From: Selaginella moellendorffii
Taxonomy: Eukaryota; Plantae; Lycopodiophyta
Direction: 5' to 3'
Assembly (NCBI RefSeq): GCF_000143415.4
Contig: NW_003314414.1
Span: 215,626-279,625, forward strand
DNA length: 64,000 bases
Shown here: positions 63,536-64,000 of the stretch, piece after piece
Numbering within the stretch: position 1 is the first letter of the stretch
How the letters are laid out: each line of letters opens with the position of its first letter
Position numbers and translations under genes: made by a program
The notes under the pieces: generated by a model
Databases searched by the model: none
What the model was told of the DNA's origin: nothing
The model's input: only the letters and a program-made list of their open reading frames with translations

Positions 63536-64000
63536 TTAGCTCCGCTTCGTCTTTCCATGACTCTTCACCTCGTCCATGATTCCCTGCGACAGCTCGTCCA
63601 CGGTGTAGTTCTTTCCAAAAAAATTCACAAACTCCATTTTCGGGTCCATGAGATACCTGGTAGACAAGCAGAGGGGAAACAATCAGCTGGAAGACTAGCA
63701 AGCACCACTCACATTATGATGGAGTGATCCACCAGATAGTCATCGCCTTCGTCCCCAGTCTTCATGTAGTAGACCCGAAACGACTTTGCCACCTGCTTGA
63801 TATCTTCGGGAGCTCCGGTTAATCCCACTAGCCTGGGATGAAACTCTGCACGCCACAAATGGATGAGAGCAAAAGACATAACTTGCGGTACCTTGCACGT
63901 ATTCTTTCATCTGCTCCACCGAGTCGCGCTCTGGATCCACAGACACAAACAACGGGGCAATCTTCAAGCCAGATTTTTTATCTGCACAGGCCAGGAAGAA
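63536..64000 (-). CDS. SCO1/HCC1 copper chaperone, 3' part (runs off the window)
   Basis: [39 protein letters not shown]. Confidence 0.9.

Overview
Eukaryotic plant nuclear DNA with two sharply different halves. The ~50-60 nt GT-AG introns, 20-150 bp intergenic gaps, a DYW-type PPR gene and a nuclear holocytochrome-c synthase suggest a Selaginella-like lycophyte (inference). (1) About 1-40.6 kb is a transposon island built inside a decayed TORNADO1-like (COR-domain) gene. It contains a 13.6-kb Sola-like DNA transposon (4614-23362, 24-bp TIRs, TAAG TSD). A 5.15-kb deletion derivative of the same family sits inverted inside it (7280-12433, TGTA TSD). The island also has an ~11.9-kb Mutator-like element (about 23599-35508), a young 676-bp TRIM, and a 1.9-kb Cassandra-like LTR element with 5S rRNA-derived LTRs. 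(2) 40.9-64 kb holds 11 tightly packed housekeeping genes: FKBP62-like, plastid RPL28, PPR-DYW, SDP1, SPPL, an RNI/LRR protein, HCCS, SYP7, SSII, organellar AlaRS, ClpR4, plus part of SCO1. The best candidate for an undescribed system is the cargo shared by the two unrelated DNA transposons. Each has, head-to-head with its transposase, a large spliced gene with a ParB-like domain followed by a beta-class N4C/N6A methyltransferase-like fold (plus an FCP1-like phosphatase in the Sola-like element). Both also carry a homologous small SPYYTPG ORF. The MULE adds two stand-alone SGS3-type zf-XS ORFs. The Sola-like element carries more than 20 copies of a 22-bp palindrome (ATGGCRTG-N6-CAYGCCAT), clustered in introns. 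Together this resembles a transposon-encoded self-recognition/anti-silencing kit. Domain calls are by eye, without database searches.
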